From a phage, in the sequence record BH153091.1: DNA of 252 nucleotides. One strand, written 5' to 3'. Position 1 is the first letter of the stretch. The number at the start of each line of letters is the position of its first letter. The notes beneath the pieces were generated by a model, which was not told the DNA's origin, made no database searches, and worked only from the letters and a program-made list of their open reading frames with translations. Position numbers and translations under genes: made by a program. Shown in pieces: positions 1 to 252 of the stretch.

Positions 1-86
1 TATATGAATACTCCGTTTTCGAACCAAACGACGGAACTATTCGATTCGAAAAACGTCATCCTACATTCGGTGGCGCAATTGATGTA
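1..86. other. Cloned insert DNA of unidentified origin (non-vector part of a recombinant clone)
   Basis: Sequence 1-86 matches no lac/pUC element I recognise and abuts the polylinker at the BamHI-side junction. It contains two TTCGAA palindromes (18-23, 45-50) and a CAATTG site (76-81). Origin cannot be determined without a database search. Confidence 0.5.
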
Positions 87-125
87 GATCCCCGGGTACC
101 GAGCTCGAATTCGTAATCATGTCAT
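61..125 (-). CDS. lacZ: lacZ-alpha reporter 5' end (vector-borne), interrupted by the polylinker insert; short fusion ORF ends in the insert
   Basis: Minus strand reads ATGACATGATTACGAATTCGAGCTCGGTACCCGGGGATC..., i.e. canonical ATGACCATGATTACGAATTCG... minus one base. First ATG (125-123) gives ATG ACA TGA, an immediate stop. Second ATG (120-118) opens a frame encoding MITNSSSVPGDLHQLRHRM, with TAG at 63-61. MITNSSSVPGD is the known pUC18 lacZ-alpha N-terminus. Confidence 0.8.
87..112. other. pUC18/M13mp18-type multiple cloning site remnant: BamHI-derived GATC junction, SmaI/XmaI, KpnI, SacI, EcoRI
   Basis: Directly seen: GATC 87-90 preceded by A (AGATCC 86-91, BamHI site not regenerated), CCCGGG 91-96, GGTACC 95-100, GAGCTC 101-106, GAATTC 107-112. 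This order with EcoRI next to the lacZ start is the pUC18/mp18 orientation. Confidence 0.9.
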
Positions 126-138
126 AGCTGTTTCCTAG
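121..138 (-). other. M13/pUC reverse sequencing primer site and lacZ Shine-Dalgarno (AGGA, minus strand 133-136)
   Basis: Reverse complement of 121-138 is CTAGGAAACAGCTATGAC, versus the standard M13 reverse primer CAGGAAACAGCTATGAC. The match is exact except for one extra A at position 137. AGGA sits about 7 nt upstream of the ATG at 125. Confidence 0.85.
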
Positions 139-143
139 TGTGA

Positions 144-164
144 AATTGTTATCCGCTCACAATT
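144..164 (-). promoter_or_regulatory. lacO: lac operator O1 (LacI binding site)
   Basis: Plus strand 144-164 is AATTGTTATCCGCTCACAATT, the reverse complement of the canonical O1 AATTGTGAGCGGATAACAATT. Exact match as recalled. Confidence 0.9.
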
Positions 165-169
165 CACAC

Positions 170-199
170 AACATACGAGCCGGAAGCATAAAGTGTAAA
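170..199 (-). promoter_or_regulatory. lac promoter (Plac): -10 TATGTT at 170-175 and -35 TTTACA at 194-199 on the minus strand, 18-bp spacer; transcription runs toward decreasing coordinates
   Basis: Plus strand AACATA (170-175) and TGTAAA (194-199) are the reverse complements of the wild-type lac -10 and -35 hexamers. The 18-bp spacer 176-193 (CGAGCCGGAAGCATAAAG) matches the canonical lac spacer. Confidence 0.88.
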
Positions 200-211
200 G
201 CCTGGGGTGCC

Positions 212-234
212 AATGAGTGAGCTAACTCACATTA
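212..234 (-). promoter_or_regulatory. CAP/CRP binding site of the lac promoter
   Basis: Plus strand 212-234 AATGAGTGAGCTAACTCACATTA is the reverse complement of lac CAP site TAATGTGAGTTAGCTCACTCATT. TGTGA and TCACA half-sites are present; one T is missing at the distal edge (between 211 and 212) relative to canonical. Confidence 0.85.
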
Positions 235-246
235 ATTGCGTTGCGC

Positions 247-252
247 TCACTG
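247..252 (-). pseudogene. lacI: 3' terminus of the truncated lacI remnant carried by pUC-type vectors (last codon CAG plus TGA stop); continues beyond the window
   Basis: Reverse complement of 241-252 is CAGTGAGCGCAA, matching the end of lacI (...GGGCAGTGA) followed by GCGCAACGCAATTAATG upstream of the CAP site. Only two codons fall inside the window. Confidence 0.6.

Noticed and set aside
31-45. FRT-like or other recombinase site (GGAACTATTC resembles part of the FRT arm GAAGTTCCTATTC)
   Set aside because: Only a short partial resemblance. There is no 13-bp inverted arm pair around an 8-bp spacer, and lox and common transposon ends were also not recognisable.
18-50. CRISPR-like or tandem repeat array based on the repeated TTCGAA motif
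   Set aside because: Only two or three copies of a 5-6 bp palindrome with irregular spacing. There is no repeat-spacer periodicity and the repeat length is far below CRISPR range.
14-55. Rho-independent terminator formed by the inverted repeat
   Set aside because: The stem is short and AT-rich, the loop is 21 nt, and no U-tract follows a GC-rich stem on either strand. It does not resemble an intrinsic terminator.
170-199. Treating the promoter as a native chromosomal lac promoter of the host
   Set aside because: It lies directly beside a synthetic polylinker and the lacZ-alpha start in pUC18 arrangement, with the truncated lacI tail characteristic of vectors, so it is vector-borne.
1-252. 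A novel or undescribed biological system (defence island, toxin-antitoxin, CRISPR or similar)
   Set aside because: About two thirds of the window is accounted for base by base by the pUC18-type lac cassette and polylinker. The remaining 86 bp are too short and featureless to support any system-level call.

Overview
This window is not native genomic sequence with a novel system; it is a recombinant cloning-vector junction. Positions ~87-252 match, from memory, the pUC18/M13mp18-type lac region read antisense to lacZ: a polylinker remnant (SmaI/XmaI, KpnI, SacI, EcoRI), the lacZ-alpha start on the minus strand, the M13 reverse primer site, lac operator O1, the lac promoter -10/-35, the CAP/CRP site and the last codons of the lacI remnant. 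Positions 1-86 are an insert of unidentified origin joined to the vector at a hybrid AGATCC junction, as expected for a Sau3AI/BglII/BclI-type end ligated into BamHI. The vector part differs from the canonical sequence by four single-base indels, which look like read or assembly errors or a deliberately altered construct. I could not run any search, so the vector identity rests on recall and the insert remains unidentified. The most likely explanation is vector contamination or a cloned-fragment read.
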